A DNA stretch of 63,590 nt, filler included, from Pelomyxa schiedti (taxonomy: Eukaryota; Protista; Evosea): assembly GCA_020536535.1 (NCBI GenBank). It is 12 parts of 12 records of this genome, joined end to end, with 100 filler letters (N's around TTAATTAATTAA, not from the genome) between each part and the next. Parts side by side here need not be neighbours in the genome. Positions count along the whole stretch, not along the records: positions 23,499 to 47,344 come from JAHLWZ010000059.1; positions 47,445 to 50,283 come from JAHLWZ010000221.1; positions 50,384 to 52,467 come from JAHLWZ010002147.1; positions 52,568 to 53,858 come from JAHLWZ010002615.1; positions 53,959 to 55,571 come from JAHLWZ010000699.1; 7 more parts are not named here. The stretch is one strand, 5' to 3'. Below are positions 42,689 to 55,050 of this stretch, one piece after another; position 1 is the stretch's first letter, and every line of letters starts with the position of its first letter. A program made the translations under genes and the position numbers. The notes beneath the pieces were generated by a model that ran no database searches, was not told where the DNA came from, and saw only the letters and a list, made by a program, of their open reading frames with translations.

Positions 42689-45600
42689 ATAGTCAATGGG
42701 AGCTGACTGACTAACGGCTACAAGAGATTCCACGTTCAAAAGCAACAATTACAAAGCCTTATCCCCAAGCACGACACACTTTCAACGATTTCCGGACTCT
42801 CCCCGCGAGGGACCCCGGGAGGGACCCCCCGACGAGGACGAACTTTTAAGCCCCGGTCCCGCTCCCCCTCCCCCGCCACGTCCGGCGGAGGAGCCGCCGA
42901 GCCCCGGGTGGGACCCGACGACCCCCCCGCCGTCCGCGGGCGAGGAAAATGTTTAAAAAAAAAGGAGGGAGCGGGAAAAACCCTTTGCATGTGTCAGTGT
43001 CGCGCGCGTGCAGCCCAAGACATCGAAGGGCATCACAGACCTGTTATTGCCTCACTCTTCCATCCGTTGTTTTTATTATACACGTTGATGGTCCCCGTTT
43101 CGGGCCCCTCCTCCCGGCGCGGCCCGATCCCCGAGCCCCGCCCGGAGTGGCCGCGGTGCCGGCGGAGCGGCGCGAGGGGGTGGGGGCGAGGACGGGGGGT
43201 CGGGGCTCCCGGATGGGAACCCTCCCCCCTCTTCCCCGCCCCCATTTTTGTTCCCCCCGGCGCCCCGCCGGTCCTGTGCGGGCCAGGGCGTGGCCAGGGA
43301 GGCCGCGCGGGAGAGATGGGGGCCCTAATGTATCTAAGAAGTCACGGAGGGGCGGGGCAAAAGGGGACCGCGCCCCCGACGCGCTGCCCCCCGAAAGGGA
43401 CCTCGCGCCGGGGACGCGGCCTCCCCCCCGCCCCCCCTTTTTCCCATTCCATCCCCTCCCGCGGGCGACCCCCCCGAAGGGCCGCCTCCTCCCCCGCACC
43501 GACGACGGAGCAAGCCCCGCCGCCGCCGAGGTGGCGGAGACGACCCCCCGGAGGGGACCCGCAGGTAAGGGGATTTCAAAAAAAAATGAGAACCCTACAC
43601 ACACCCTTCCCCCCGCCCCCCCCGGGGAGAACCCCGGGGGAGAAAAGGGGCAGGGCTTTTCGTCGCGTTAGCAGGTTGAGGTCTCGCTCGTTAACGGAAT
43701 TAACCAGACAAATCACTCCACGAACTAAGAACGGCCATGCACCACCACCCAAAAAATCAAGAAAGAGCTTCATATTTTCCGCTCCCCCCTTTCCCGGGTC
43801 CGGGAGGGCCCGGGACAGGGGGGGGCTTTCATCTGTCAATCATGCTAGTGTCTGGACCTGGTGAGTTTTCCCGTGTTGAGTCAAATTGAGCCGCACGCTC
43901 CACCTCTGGTGTGCCTTTCCGTCAATTCCTTTAAGTTTCAGTCTTGCGGCCATACTCCCCCTGAAACACAAACGCTCAACGATTTCTCACATAGGTTTTT
44001 GATTAAAAAAAATCCTGATGAAGTTTTTTCATTCGGGAGGGGCCCCGGGTCCCGCCCTCGCCCCTTTTGGCCCCCTCCCGCCCGTCCTCCCCCCGGAGGG
44101 GGATCGCGCGCGAGAGGGGAAGGGAAAAGGGCGGGGGCCCGGGACCCCCCCTTTGTATATGTGCGGCTCCACCAGGATTTGGCTTGTATAGTTTATAGAT
44201 AAGACTACGACGGTATCTGATCATCTTTGATCCCCTAGCTTTCGTCCTTTATCAGGCGAATAACTACCTACGAGTTTTTTTTTCACGGCGGGACCCTCGC
44301 CGGAGGGGGGGGCCGGAGGGCGCGGATGCGCACCCCTTTCCCCTCCCCCGACGCGAGCCCCGCTTTTTTTGTTTAAAAAATTTTGGAACCTGCTTCTGCC
44401 TTCGTCCATCTTTCGCAGGGACACAGAATTTCACCTCTCTCGAGTAAATCTGGGTCGTCCTGTTTGGCCCCTCGAAAATAAACGCATTATTTTTCCCCCC
44501 CGCGAAGGGGGGAGAAAAAAAACCAAAAAAACGAACTTTCTAGCTACGCACTCCAACGACCGGTTGTTTTTTTTTGTCATTCTTTTTTTCTTCCCGGGTA
44601 CTGGGGTCTTTCGCTTTTCTTTCTCGCTTTTTTCTTTCTTTTTCGGCTCTCAAACAATTCCGTACCATGCTAATGATATTCAGAGGCGGGGAAAGGGGGA
44701 CGGGCGAGGCCCTTGGACCAACCGACCGGCCGACCTTTCTCGTTCTTTCGATTGGGTTGCCTGCTTTGAACACTCTAATTTTTTCAAGGCGGACGAGCAG
44801 GAGCGGGGCGCTTTTGGACGCCCCCTCCCGCAGGAAAAACCAACGACGGGACAGCCTCGCATGTGATCTTCCCTCGGGGCTCGGCGCGGACCGGCGGTGA
44901 AGGGGGAGAGCTAGGGTCCCCGGCCGACGGGCGAGTCGGGCTACCCCCGCGAGGGGGGAAGCCCGGGGGCTCTCCCGGGACCGGGGACGGGCCTTCGAGA
45001 AGGCCCCACCCCCCTTCTTTTTTTTTGGGGATCTCCTCTCATGTGGGGGTTTTTTTTTTTTCTTTTCTTCTTTCGTGCCGGTCCTGCTCTGGGCAATGCA
45101 CCGAAGGCAAGACTTCTTTTCCCCGGACGGGGAAATTCCGTCTACTGCGATTTTCATAGTTACAAAATAATTCCCGACGGATCTTGGAGGGGCCTCCCCA
45201 AAAATCGCGGCGCTTGACCCCCGCGGGGCCCCGGAGGGCGCGAGCGGAGGGGCGCTGCGGGGGCGACCCCGCCGATTTCTCCCCCGCGCGGGGACTATAT
45301 GCGCGGGGGAGAATGTACTTTTTTTTTTTCGGAAGGATTCCTTTACGCACGTGTACTTCAACTACGAGCTTTTCAATCACAACAACTTTAGCTTACACTA
45401 TCGGAGCTGGAATTACCGCGGCTGCTGGCACCAGACTTTCCCTCCAATGGTTGCTCGATAAGCGTTTTAACTTGTTCCCATTCCACCTTACCACCAGTTT
45501 ATTTTCCCTTCCCTCCTTCCCCCCCGGACGGGCGCGAGGCCCGGCCGAGGGGTGAGAGGAAAAGGACTGGAGGAGCGTTATTTGCTGTCACTGTCTCCCT

Positions 45601-46847
45601 TTTCGCGGGAAAAGAAGCGGATCGAGGCGGGGGACGGGAGGGTCCGCGCGGGAGAGGTGCCGCCCGGGAGGGGCGGGGTGCCTCGGAGCGGTGCGGGCCC
45701 GAAAGCCCGCCCCGCCCCGCGCGTTCCCCGTCCCACCGGACGGCCCCTCGAGCCCCGCGCGGCGTTCCTCCCGTGGCCCCGCGCCCCCCTCCGCCCCTCT
45801 GGAATTCCCGCAGGCGTCAGGATTGGACAATTTGCGCGCCTGCTGCCCCCCTTAGGAGTGGGAGCCATCTTTCGAGCTCCCTCTCCGGCTTCAAACCCTG
45901 ATTTCCCGTCACCCGTGTTTCTCATCTCTTACTACAATACAATGTTGACCAGAAAAAGATGGAGCAGTTTCCCATAGAAATCCGCGACTTCCTTCAAAAA
46001 CGAAAAAAATTCGAAAGCCGCTGGTCTTGTCCTGAGGCGGCCCCCCGGAGCCCCCCCGCGCCCCCCCGTCGGCGAACCGCCGGGGGGACGGGGAAGCAGG
46101 GGGACCGCTTTCGATCGGATGTTACCACCTCCTCTCGCGAGCACGATTTGAAAATTATGGGGAGGGATCCGGAGGCGAGACCGTCTTTCTTTCTTTCTTT
46201 TTTTCCCCCTTCCTCCTCCCTCGCGTTCGTCGCGGCTGCCCCGGGGGTTTTTTTGGGGTGGGGCGTTGGGGGGTGCTTCGGCCGCGGGTCGCGCGGGGGT
46301 GGTGGGAAAAAAAAACTGGGGGGCGAAGGTCCCGTCCCCGATCCCCTCCTCTCGTGCGCTGGTGGTAGACGCTCACACACTTTTTTTTGCCGCCCCGGAT
46401 GGGGGGAAAAAAACACAACGACGTATTAGCCTGTCTTTAGGCAGGTTATCCACTTTTTTCGCAGGGAAAAAAACAATACTTCTGTTGAATTAAGACTGTT
46501 TTAATGAGCCATGAGCAGCTTCACTCTTTTTTTTTTCCTTCTTTTTTGGGAGTGAATTTTTTTTTCTTTTCTTCGCTCGCCTGGGGTCGGCGGGAGCGTG
46601 TTTTTTTTTTTCTTTCTAGGGTAGGGCCAACCGTCCCCCGGGGGAAAGCCCGCTAGGGACCTCCTCCGTGGACACAGCAGGTTCTTTTTTTTTCCTTCCA
46701 CGTTCTCCATGCAAAAAAAATTCAAAATTCGATGTCTTCCGGCAAAGAAAAATTGCTTTTTTTTTTCTCTTCAAAAAATTTATGCTTGCACGTGCATGGC
46801 TTAATCTTTGGCATGAGCATGAGGCCACTGTCAGGATCGAACAGGTA
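42285..46847 (-). rRNA. SSU (18S-like) rRNA gene, ~4563 nt, greatly expanded
   Basis: Conserved cores appear in the correct order: 5' TACCTGTTCGATCCTGACAGT, GTGCCAGCAGCCGCGGTAATTCC, AAACTTAAAGGAATTGACGG, GTACACACCGCCCGTC and 3' GTAGGTGAACCTGCGGAAGGATCATTG. Confidence 0.98.
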
Positions 46848-47344
46848 AGCGGGCTCCTCGTCTACCTCCCCGCTCACTCGTCTTAGGGTCGTGCGTGTCC
46901 CCGGGGCCGCTTTTTTTTTTTTCTGGGGTGCTCCGGTTGGGGGTTTTCCTAAAATCTTTGGGGTTCTCTAGAGCGCGCCGCCGGGGTCCACCTCTGTCTC
47001 TTTTTTTTTTCCCTTCTTTCTTTCTTTCTTCTTTCTTCTCCCCCGGTCCCATATTCCGGTCTCTTGGCTTACCGGGGCTCTGCCAGCCTTTTTTTCTTCT
47101 CTTTCCGCCTCTATCGGAGGGGGTTTTTTTTTCGCCCCTCCTCGTTTTCCTTATCTTTCGTTTATTTCGCCATTTTTTTTTCCTCGCTCTTCTCGTAGCT
47201 GCACGCGTCGGGATCCCTCGTTTGGGGGGGGGTCTCGGGGGGGTGGTCCCGGCGCTGCTCGATTTCCAAGTCCACAAGCGACGTTTAGAATGTTCAGGTC
47301 TGCGGGGGTGTAAAATGCTTTTTTGTTTGGGGCGCTTCGACTGC
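46848..47344 (-). other. 5' external transcribed spacer of rDNA (partial)
   Basis: Lies directly upstream of the SSU 5' end and has the same GC-block/homopolymer composition. Confidence 0.7.
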
Positions 47345-47444
47345 NNNNNNNNNNNNNNNNNNNNNNNNNNNNNNNNNNNNNNNNNNNNTTAATTAATTAA
47401 NNNNNNNNNNNNNNNNNNNNNNNNNNNNNNNNNNNNNNNNNNNN

Positions 47445-49161
47445 CAAGGCAACAAGATATTGCTGATCCCATTGGTGCATGAAGCATCAGAAAGCGGGCA
47501 CCTGAACATGCTCAAGTGGCTGGTTCACACATTCGATTTGATCCACTTTGCCGAGAGCAACCGTGCAGCAGAGTATTTCAAAGCAAGTGACAGCGTTCAT
47601 GACCTGAAGCGCCTTGTTGAAAGCTTTCCAGAGTGGCAACCTTGGTTCGATGGGAAACATCTCGCTCTCTCAGCTGGGTTGTTCAAGGGCTCTGCCACAG
47701 CGGATGAAATCATCGAAGTGTGCCAGTGGCTCAAGGATCACTTCTCACTCAGTGGTTTGGATTTCATGAACTGGTTGGGGATGCCAAAACACACGAAGGT
47801 AATCAAGTGGGCACTCTCAGATATCCCTGCATCTGAGCTGGGTGGACCTTGGAGTTGGTCCTGCTGTCAACTGGGTGATGTTGAGTTGGCCAAGTGGTTC
47901 ATTGAAGAAAAGGGAATCATTCCCACAGATTCTGAATTCATCTTTGCATGCACAAGCCCCAGTGACAACTTGGGGTTNNNNNNNNNNNNNNNNNNNNNNN
48001 NNNNNNNNNNNNNNNNNNNNNNNNNNNNNNNNNNNNNNNNNNNNNNNNNNNNNNNNNNNNNNNNNNNNNNNNNNNNNGGTCCTGCTGTCAACTGGGTGAT
48101 GTTGAGTTGGCCAAGTGGTTCATTGAAGAAAAGGGAATCATTCCCACAGATTCTGAATTCATCTTTGCATGCACAAGCCCCAGTGACAACTTGGGGTTCG
48201 TTCAGTGGCTCTTCAAGAAAGTTTCCACAAGCAGTGCTGAATTGCTGATGGCTCTGAAGATGGCACTGGCCTGCGGGAATGATCTGATTTCAAAGTGGTT
48301 GGAGCAGTGCTACGTCGCAACGACTGGCACAAGGCCAAAATTAGCACTGGCGGAACTCGCTGAAATCTCAGAGGAAATGTGCCAACATCGACGTGAGGAC
48401 TGGCTCGATTGGTTGTTTGGCCACTCGAGCTTGTGTGACATCGACCACAGTGAAGCTGAGCTTGTCAAATTGATGAATCAGAGCGTTCACAGCAGCTCCC
48501 CGTTCCAGCTGCATGTTGCCGTTTCTGCTTGGAAAAAGTTTCCGTTGTTGTCACCGACTACTCACCATGAGTGGCTTGTGGACCTGCTGCATGCGGTTCT
48601 TTTAAATGGTTCATTGGCACAGGCTAAGCAAGTTGTCTCCCTCGGTGAATTCTCTCCCACTGAAATGCAAGAGTGCATGAGCCACTACTATGATCCATAC
48701 TCCAGCAAGGTTGGAAAATGGCTGGTCCAGCAGTGCTGCTTCAGTGATCCTCATGCCGAACTCACAGTCAAGAACTTCCCATCTTATTGCGGGTTGTTTG
48801 TGGCATCAATTCGACTCAACAAGCGGGGTTTTGTCAAGTGGCTCTTCAACACCTTCCACTTTACACTGCGTGAGGTATGACTGTCATTCTATAGGCTCTC
48901 CCCCACCCTTCACAGGTCCTTTATGGAATGCAAGGACCCGAGCTTGGATCAAATGTGGACCTTGCCACATGGAAGCTTCTTCTGAGGCTCTTCCCATCGG
49001 AAATAACCAGGGATGTGCTCATCACACAGCCGAACTTGATGTTGATTGCCACAGCCACGCCCCTGCACACCGACGTGACAATGAGCAGAGTCCCAGGAGT
49101 CACCACTGATGACATTGAACAATTCTACTCTACCCTCGCTTATTATTGGAGGATCGATTGA
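47445..49161 (+). CDS. Degenerate ankyrin-like helical-repeat protein (5'-truncated)
   Basis: GHLNMLKWLV, GDVELAKWF, NLGFVQWLF, GNDLISKWL repeats. One intron at about 48874-48915. The internal gap is an overlap artefact. Confidence 0.7.
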
Positions 49162-49338
49162 CATTTGGACAGGGCAATGGGAGTGAACCGACGACAACCT
49201 TGACCCACATGCATGAGAGTGTTGCACTTATTAATTTGCCTTGCATTTCCAACCAAAGGAGCTAACAACTTGGTGTGACATCAACACGATAATCAACAGA
49301 CCGGAAGGGGTGATTTTCCCTGTTTTAGCGGCTGTGTG

Positions 49339-50283
49339 ATGATGGGAGGGACCTTGTCGTCGGCGTGGGGTGCAGGGGAGTCGTCGCCATCGCCATCAAC
49401 TACCTTACCCAATGGTGCTGCTGCACCCACAATGGAGTCTACTGCAGAAAGCACGGCCACCACCGCCAGTGCTCCCGAATCTGCTGTCGCCACGCCAGCG
49501 CCCGCCGCCGGTTCTACGCCTGATACAAGCAGCGGCGGGGCCCGCGAGCGGCAGCATTGTGGGAGCGCGAGCACCGACACTCAGCGATACATGTTTGGGG
49601 GCTATGAATACAATTTGCCCAGGAATTGCCCTCGTGTGAGTTACGACCAACTCGCTGACGAGACCATGTGTGTAGTAGTATTAGATTAGTTAGATTGGTT
49701 TGGCTGTTATGTTCTATTGTATTGTATTATATTACATTCTTTCTGATTGATTGGGATTAGGGTTGGTTGTGTTTGGGTGTTGACTTAACCTGTTTGCTCA
49801 GAGTAACTATGAGTAAAAATGGGCCAATTAAAGTACGTCTAAAAAAGCTCACTTTTTATAAGTTTTAAGCTAAGTTACTTTCTCCTTTTTTTTCTTCTTT
49901 TTTTATCCACAGAGTGTAGTGTATAATGGGGAGAGACTAGTACTAAAACCGGATTTGGCTGATGCCTACATTCTCTGGTAATCTCTCAGTCCCTATTCTT
50001 TAATAACCGGTAGGTAGCACTCTCGCTCCACATCCACGGGTTGTCAAATTTCATGGAATTGTGGAAAGACAGGGGATTTTGTTGTCTTATTTTCCCCTTG
50101 GATCTCTGGAATCGCTTGTTTCGAGGCGAGTTGAAATAAATTCAAGCAATCCTCATCGAATGCAGGAATACAATCCTATCAGCAAAGGAAATTGCCAGGT
50201 TGGCATGGGATGTAGCCTTGGCAATGGAGCATCTCCACTCACAACGCATTGTATATAGGTTTCATTTCTATTTCTTCGCCACC
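49339..50283 (+). CDS. TKL-like kinase, 5' part (MGGTLS N-terminus), truncated at the contig end
   Basis: Spliced HPRVVKFHGI...YFPLGSLESL...LAWDVALAMEHLHSQRIVYR. Requires a GC-AG intron at 50126-50165. Confidence 0.75.
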
Positions 50284-51209
50284 NNNNNNNNNNNNNNNNN
50301 NNNNNNNNNNNNNNNNNNNNNNNNNNNTTAATTAATTAANNNNNNNNNNNNNNNNNNNNNNNNNNNNNNNNNNNNNNNNNNNNAAAAAAACCCAACGCTT
50401 AAAAGGAGCCCGATTCAATTCCACAACACGGTTTCGATTTGTGTTTCAAAAAAAAACACGATTCGCGTTCAAATTTTTCTTCGTTCAATCGCATTCCGGT
50501 GTATTTGCAAAGCAAGTACCGTTTGAAATTTCGTTGCTCGTACTAGCAACAAGTACTTGGGTATGTGTTAGCTCGTCAAGTACTTGGATAACAAGTTACC
50601 CTGTGTCCACCAGTGTGGTGGAGACTCGATGGACGGGTCCTGGACCCCGTGGCATCACCATCACTGGTATCGGGATCATACTTCCACTCTCTTCACCTGA
50701 GAACAAAATACAGTTTCTCCACACAGTGATGAAGGTAGCCAATGTTGACTAACTTCCGCATTAACTTAAACTTCTGCAAACAAAAAAAAAATTTAAACAA
50801 AAAAACAAGTGTGTGATTCTGTGAACACACAGGCAAACTGTGTGCAAGGCACACTCGCAAGACTCGAGACTGGACACTCAGAGGCTGAGTCATCACTTAC
50901 CAAGTTCAGAAATCAAGTTCACAGAAAGATCATCGAGATACCCAAGACCTTTCCCTTGACTTTGGAATCCTTTATAAACACACACCAAGTCACCTCATTT
51001 CTATACAAATATACAAAAACACAAATACAAAATAATAACACAATGACCTACACCCAAATGTATCAATCCATTCCAAGATGAATAAAATACTTTGTGCCTC
51101 TTTGTTCTCTTTTGGTGCAGTTTGGTGAAGGGATGGATGTGAGGCCAAAATAATGGAGTTGTGTTGTGGTGTGTTGTGTTGTGTTGCTTTGCATTGCCCT
51201 CATCGATGC

Positions 51210-51595
51210 AGAGCTTTCTTAATATGCTAAGAGCACAATCTCTGGATGTAGATGTGCAGAACATAGCTCAGCTCATGCAAGGAAATGAGGTTAATTCCAC
51301 AGACAAGCAATGGGTGCGGGAGTTATTCCAGAGTAAGGACCTATTCTTAAAATGTGAGGATGATATTTGGTATCACTTGAATATTAAAGGATAAGGAAGA
51401 CCACCTAACCTGGCCATGGTCCTACCATCTAGCATGAAGATGGAGGTACTTAGTAGTCTCCATGATTGCCCACTGGCAGGTGGACATCTGTCATTTGCTA
51501 AAACGTATGACAAGGTTCAGCAACGTAAACCACCAATGTAAACATAAGTGGGATGTGTACTTACAGCCAGTGCTGTTTGCATATCGGTCCAGTGA
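51210..51595 (+). mobile_element. Ty3/gypsy LTR-retrotransposon integrase relic
   Basis: MVLPSSMKMEVLSSLHDCPLAGGHLSFAKTYDKVQQR (Zn-binding region) is joined by frameshift to WDVYLQPVLFAYRS. In-frame TAA at 51392; the DDE core is deleted. Confidence 0.8.
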
Positions 51596-52567
51596 TGCAC
51601 CAATCCTGACAGAGGAGCCTGAAGTAAAAGGAGAGTTGGATCCAGAGTTAGAAGTGGAAGGTATTTTCGATACAACACTGGTTTCAGAAGCAAGAAGAAA
51701 AAAGACAGAATCGGTTCAAAGGCAAATCACAGAAACTCATTGAAGCCTATGGAAAGAACCCTTTACAAGGAATTACAAAAGGAGACGACAGGAGAGATGA
51801 TGAATACATACCTGAAACAGAGGAAACAAGAGAGAAAACTACAGAAAAGTCAAAACAAACATCCACCAAAAAGGAGCTGAGACACAACAGTGTGAGAACC
51901 GATAGAGAAGAAGTACATGACAGTGACAGTGACAGCGACAGTACACGCAATAAAGTATCCAAGTCATAAAATGCCTGCTAAGCTCGCCGACTACCATGGT
52001 ACAATGTTGACATGCTCACACCACCAGCAAAGTGTGTAACATTGGATGGCCGGGTCGTCCATCTAAAAAGGGGGGAGGTAGCTGCAGACACAGGGCTTGC
52101 CAGATCTGAGTGACAACTGTGGTGAATTCACATTTGGTTGTTTCACAATGCACCACCCCCTCAAACTGCAGGGCTCCTTGGAGCAACCCAACCACCACCT
52201 CCTCTCATCCTTGCTCCCCCTGTGATACCATTTGTTTCTTCAGGTTCCCAGGCTGTTGAAGTTGCTATTGGTAATCCCAGGCCAAAGATGATATGTGACT
52301 ATTTGTCTTGTGTTTGTCTAGCACTTGCTCCTCCTCAAATGGAAGCCAATACAACATCCCAGGTATGCATCCACGATACTTGTTCTTGGCCAAAGGTGAA
52401 ATGAGCTTGTATGTGGTGCAAACACATTACATCTTTGGTTGATGGCTATTCCATTCTAAAACTTCGANNNNNNNNNNNNNNNNNNNNNNNNNNNNNNNNN
52501 NNNNNNNNNNNTTAATTAATTAANNNNNNNNNNNNNNNNNNNNNNNNNNNNNNNNNNNNNNNNNNNN

Positions 52568-52678
52568 TGTAGCCCATTCGTCAAAGCCAGCACGCCAGTA
52601 TGACTCGGCAATTATCCCACACTCCACCAGATACCCCAGGAACCCAACAAGGAGTAAGACCAGACGTAGATCTCCCAT
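52568..52678 (-). CDS. N-terminus of a putative secreted protein (truncated)
   Basis: MGDLRLVLLLVGFLGYLVECG is signal-peptide-like and runs off the contig, divergent from the Ras gene. Confidence 0.45.
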
Positions 52679-53000
52679 TTTAATACGCGCAATAAAACCG
52701 ATCTGCCTTTCGTCAGAAATAGGTGTTGACAGGGCATTTAATGTGTCAATGCCACAGTGACTCCACTTTTTCACTCATGCCAAAAAATTCAACGCCACTT
52801 GGAAAATTCGGGCATCAGCTCAGGCAGTCTCAATAAACTGACACTCCCAACGCGAGTAAAAACATATCCCGAACCAGAGCCAAGCGGAATCGGTTTCAAC
52901 GTTCTTCAAGTTTCACCCTTGCTTTTCTCTTGTGAGAAAGAAAAAACAAATTGCTTGGGTTCTTTCGTTCGTTCGGTGCGTACGCCAGTATTAATAACTG

Positions 53001-53858
53001 ATGGGGAACGGAGGTGGAAAGAAGCACGAGCACACTCGGAGCAGCACGGCGCCTGTGAACAGCGACGGCAAGAGATTCCGCGTGGTTGTGTTTGGGGAGC
53101 CGGGCGTGGGCAAATCGACGTTTGCCATTCAGGTTTCCACTCTCTTGTTGCTTTTGGGGAGTTAACGTGATTGCTTTAGTATGCATATAGTCACTTTGTA
53201 TGCTCCTTTTTTTTTTTTTTCTTCACCACAGTAATGGATGAAGGCTGAAGAATCTTGCCCTGAGGTGGATAATGAATATAGGTACCATTCCACCCTCATA
53301 TGTGTGGTGCGGTGCAGGCTGTTTCATTTTTTGTGTGAATTGTACATTTCGTCAAAGTGTTCCCTTCATTGATTATGTCAGAAAACAGGTTGACTTGGAT
53401 GGGGAGTCTCTCCTCTATGAGATTCTGGATCCAGGTAGGCTTTCACTTGGTGGCCCACATTTTGTTTAATCCAACCTACTCAGCCGGTGACATATCACTC
53501 AATCGATGTGTGGTCTCCCGGGCCTCTGGATTCCTTGTTCTATTTTCTATAACTGACCGTAATTCATTTACGCAAGCTAGAGTATGGAGGTAGAATGCTT
53601 AAACCTCTTAACCTTCATTAAAGTTACGCAAGGGAAAAAATCAAGGAAATACAAGATTCTGATGAATGTCTCATGGTTCTAGTAGGTAAAGGGAAGGGTT
53701 AAAAAAAAAATTACCTCAAATGTTCAAACACACTAGGTACTAAATCTGACTTGGATTCTGAAAGGCAAGTAAGTGCACAAGAGGCCACAGACCTCGCCAA
53801 GGAGTTCAATTGCCCTTACATGTGTGTTCTCGTTGTTAACCGCATTCCATATCTGATG
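53001..53858 (+). CDS. Atypical Ras/Rap-like GTPase (3'-truncated)
   Basis: MGNGGGKK...RVVVFGEPGVGKST; RKQVDLDG..YEILDPAGD; GFLVLFSITDRNSF; MVLVGTKSDLDSERQV. Confidence 0.85.
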
Positions 53859-53958
53859 NNNNNNNNNNNNNNNNNNNNNNNNNNNNNNNNNNNNNNNNNN
53901 NNTTAATTAATTAANNNNNNNNNNNNNNNNNNNNNNNNNNNNNNNNNNNNNNNNNNNN

Positions 53959-55050
53959 AACATAGGCAATTACTTACTGGGTGAGCAATGTGCTTTGAAT
54001 TATGTAGTTGTTGGAATTGTTGTTGTAGGGTTAAAGGAGATTCCACTACAGGGATGTCAACTGGAATTGGTTGAGTAATTGATGTCTGAGCCACTTTGAG
54101 CTTCTTAGGGGAAGAGGTTTGTTGGGTGGGTGCTTTGTGAACGTGATCAATGCTCTGTCTAATGATAGAAACAGTGTTTTTCTGCAAGAATGCATGCACT
54201 TCTTCATGTATCATTGTGATGTCAATAACAGAAACAGAGACCAAAGAGTCTTCAACCTTGGGAGTGATTGGGAAACTCAACTTTTGAATTGTCTCTCTAC
54301 TTGCAAGTACAAGGCGCAACTGATTCCAGGTGTCAAATACACGTGTGTTTCTCTTTCGTTTTTGATGTTGAAGAATCTTGACCACAAACATGGGGGAATT
54401 ATGACCATAAACAGACACCAACTGTCCCACTTTCACAGAAACAGATGGTTCTTCTGGGTCCTTTGGATTTTTTGCTGTAGCACACCCCCACAACTTCTTT
54501 CCATCCCGTGCCACATTCTCCACTTCCCCTTCACCACTCCAACTCCANNNNNNNNNNNNNNNNNNNNNNNNNNNNNNNNNNNNNNNNNNNNNNNNNNNNN
54601 NNNNNNNNNNNNNNNNNNNNNNNNNNNNNNNNNNNNNNNNNNNNNNNCCACTTTCACAGAAACAGATGGTTCTTCTGGGTCCTTTGGATTTTTTGCTGTA
54701 GCACACCCCCACAACTTCTTTCCATCCCGTGCCACATTCTCCACTTCCCCTTCACCACTCCAACTCCAAGACTTGAAGGGACACACCTTATTTTTAGTGG
54801 TTTTGTTTTCTTTTTCTGCTTCTTTGATGACTTGTTTTCTCTCCTTCTTTTTTTCACTTAGCACTCTCTCCCATTGCTCCACAAATGCTTTACCATTTCC
54901 TTGTTGCCACTCTTTCCATCCTTCCCTGCCTTGACATGTGGCAAAAATGGTTTCAAGCTCTGCACATTTTGCTGCATTCATTTTTGCCAACAACCAAACT
55001 GTGTCAGGTTCTTGGTTGTAATCAATAACATGACAAAGAGTATTGTTCAA
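53959..55050 (-). CDS. Hypothetical protein fragment
   Basis: Continuous frame once the 120-bp gap duplication is removed. No family recognised. Confidence 0.45.

Noticed and set aside
42354-47392. Many long GC-rich ORFs on both strands
   Set aside because: They lie in the SSU rRNA gene and ETS, and stay open only because of stop-poor composition.
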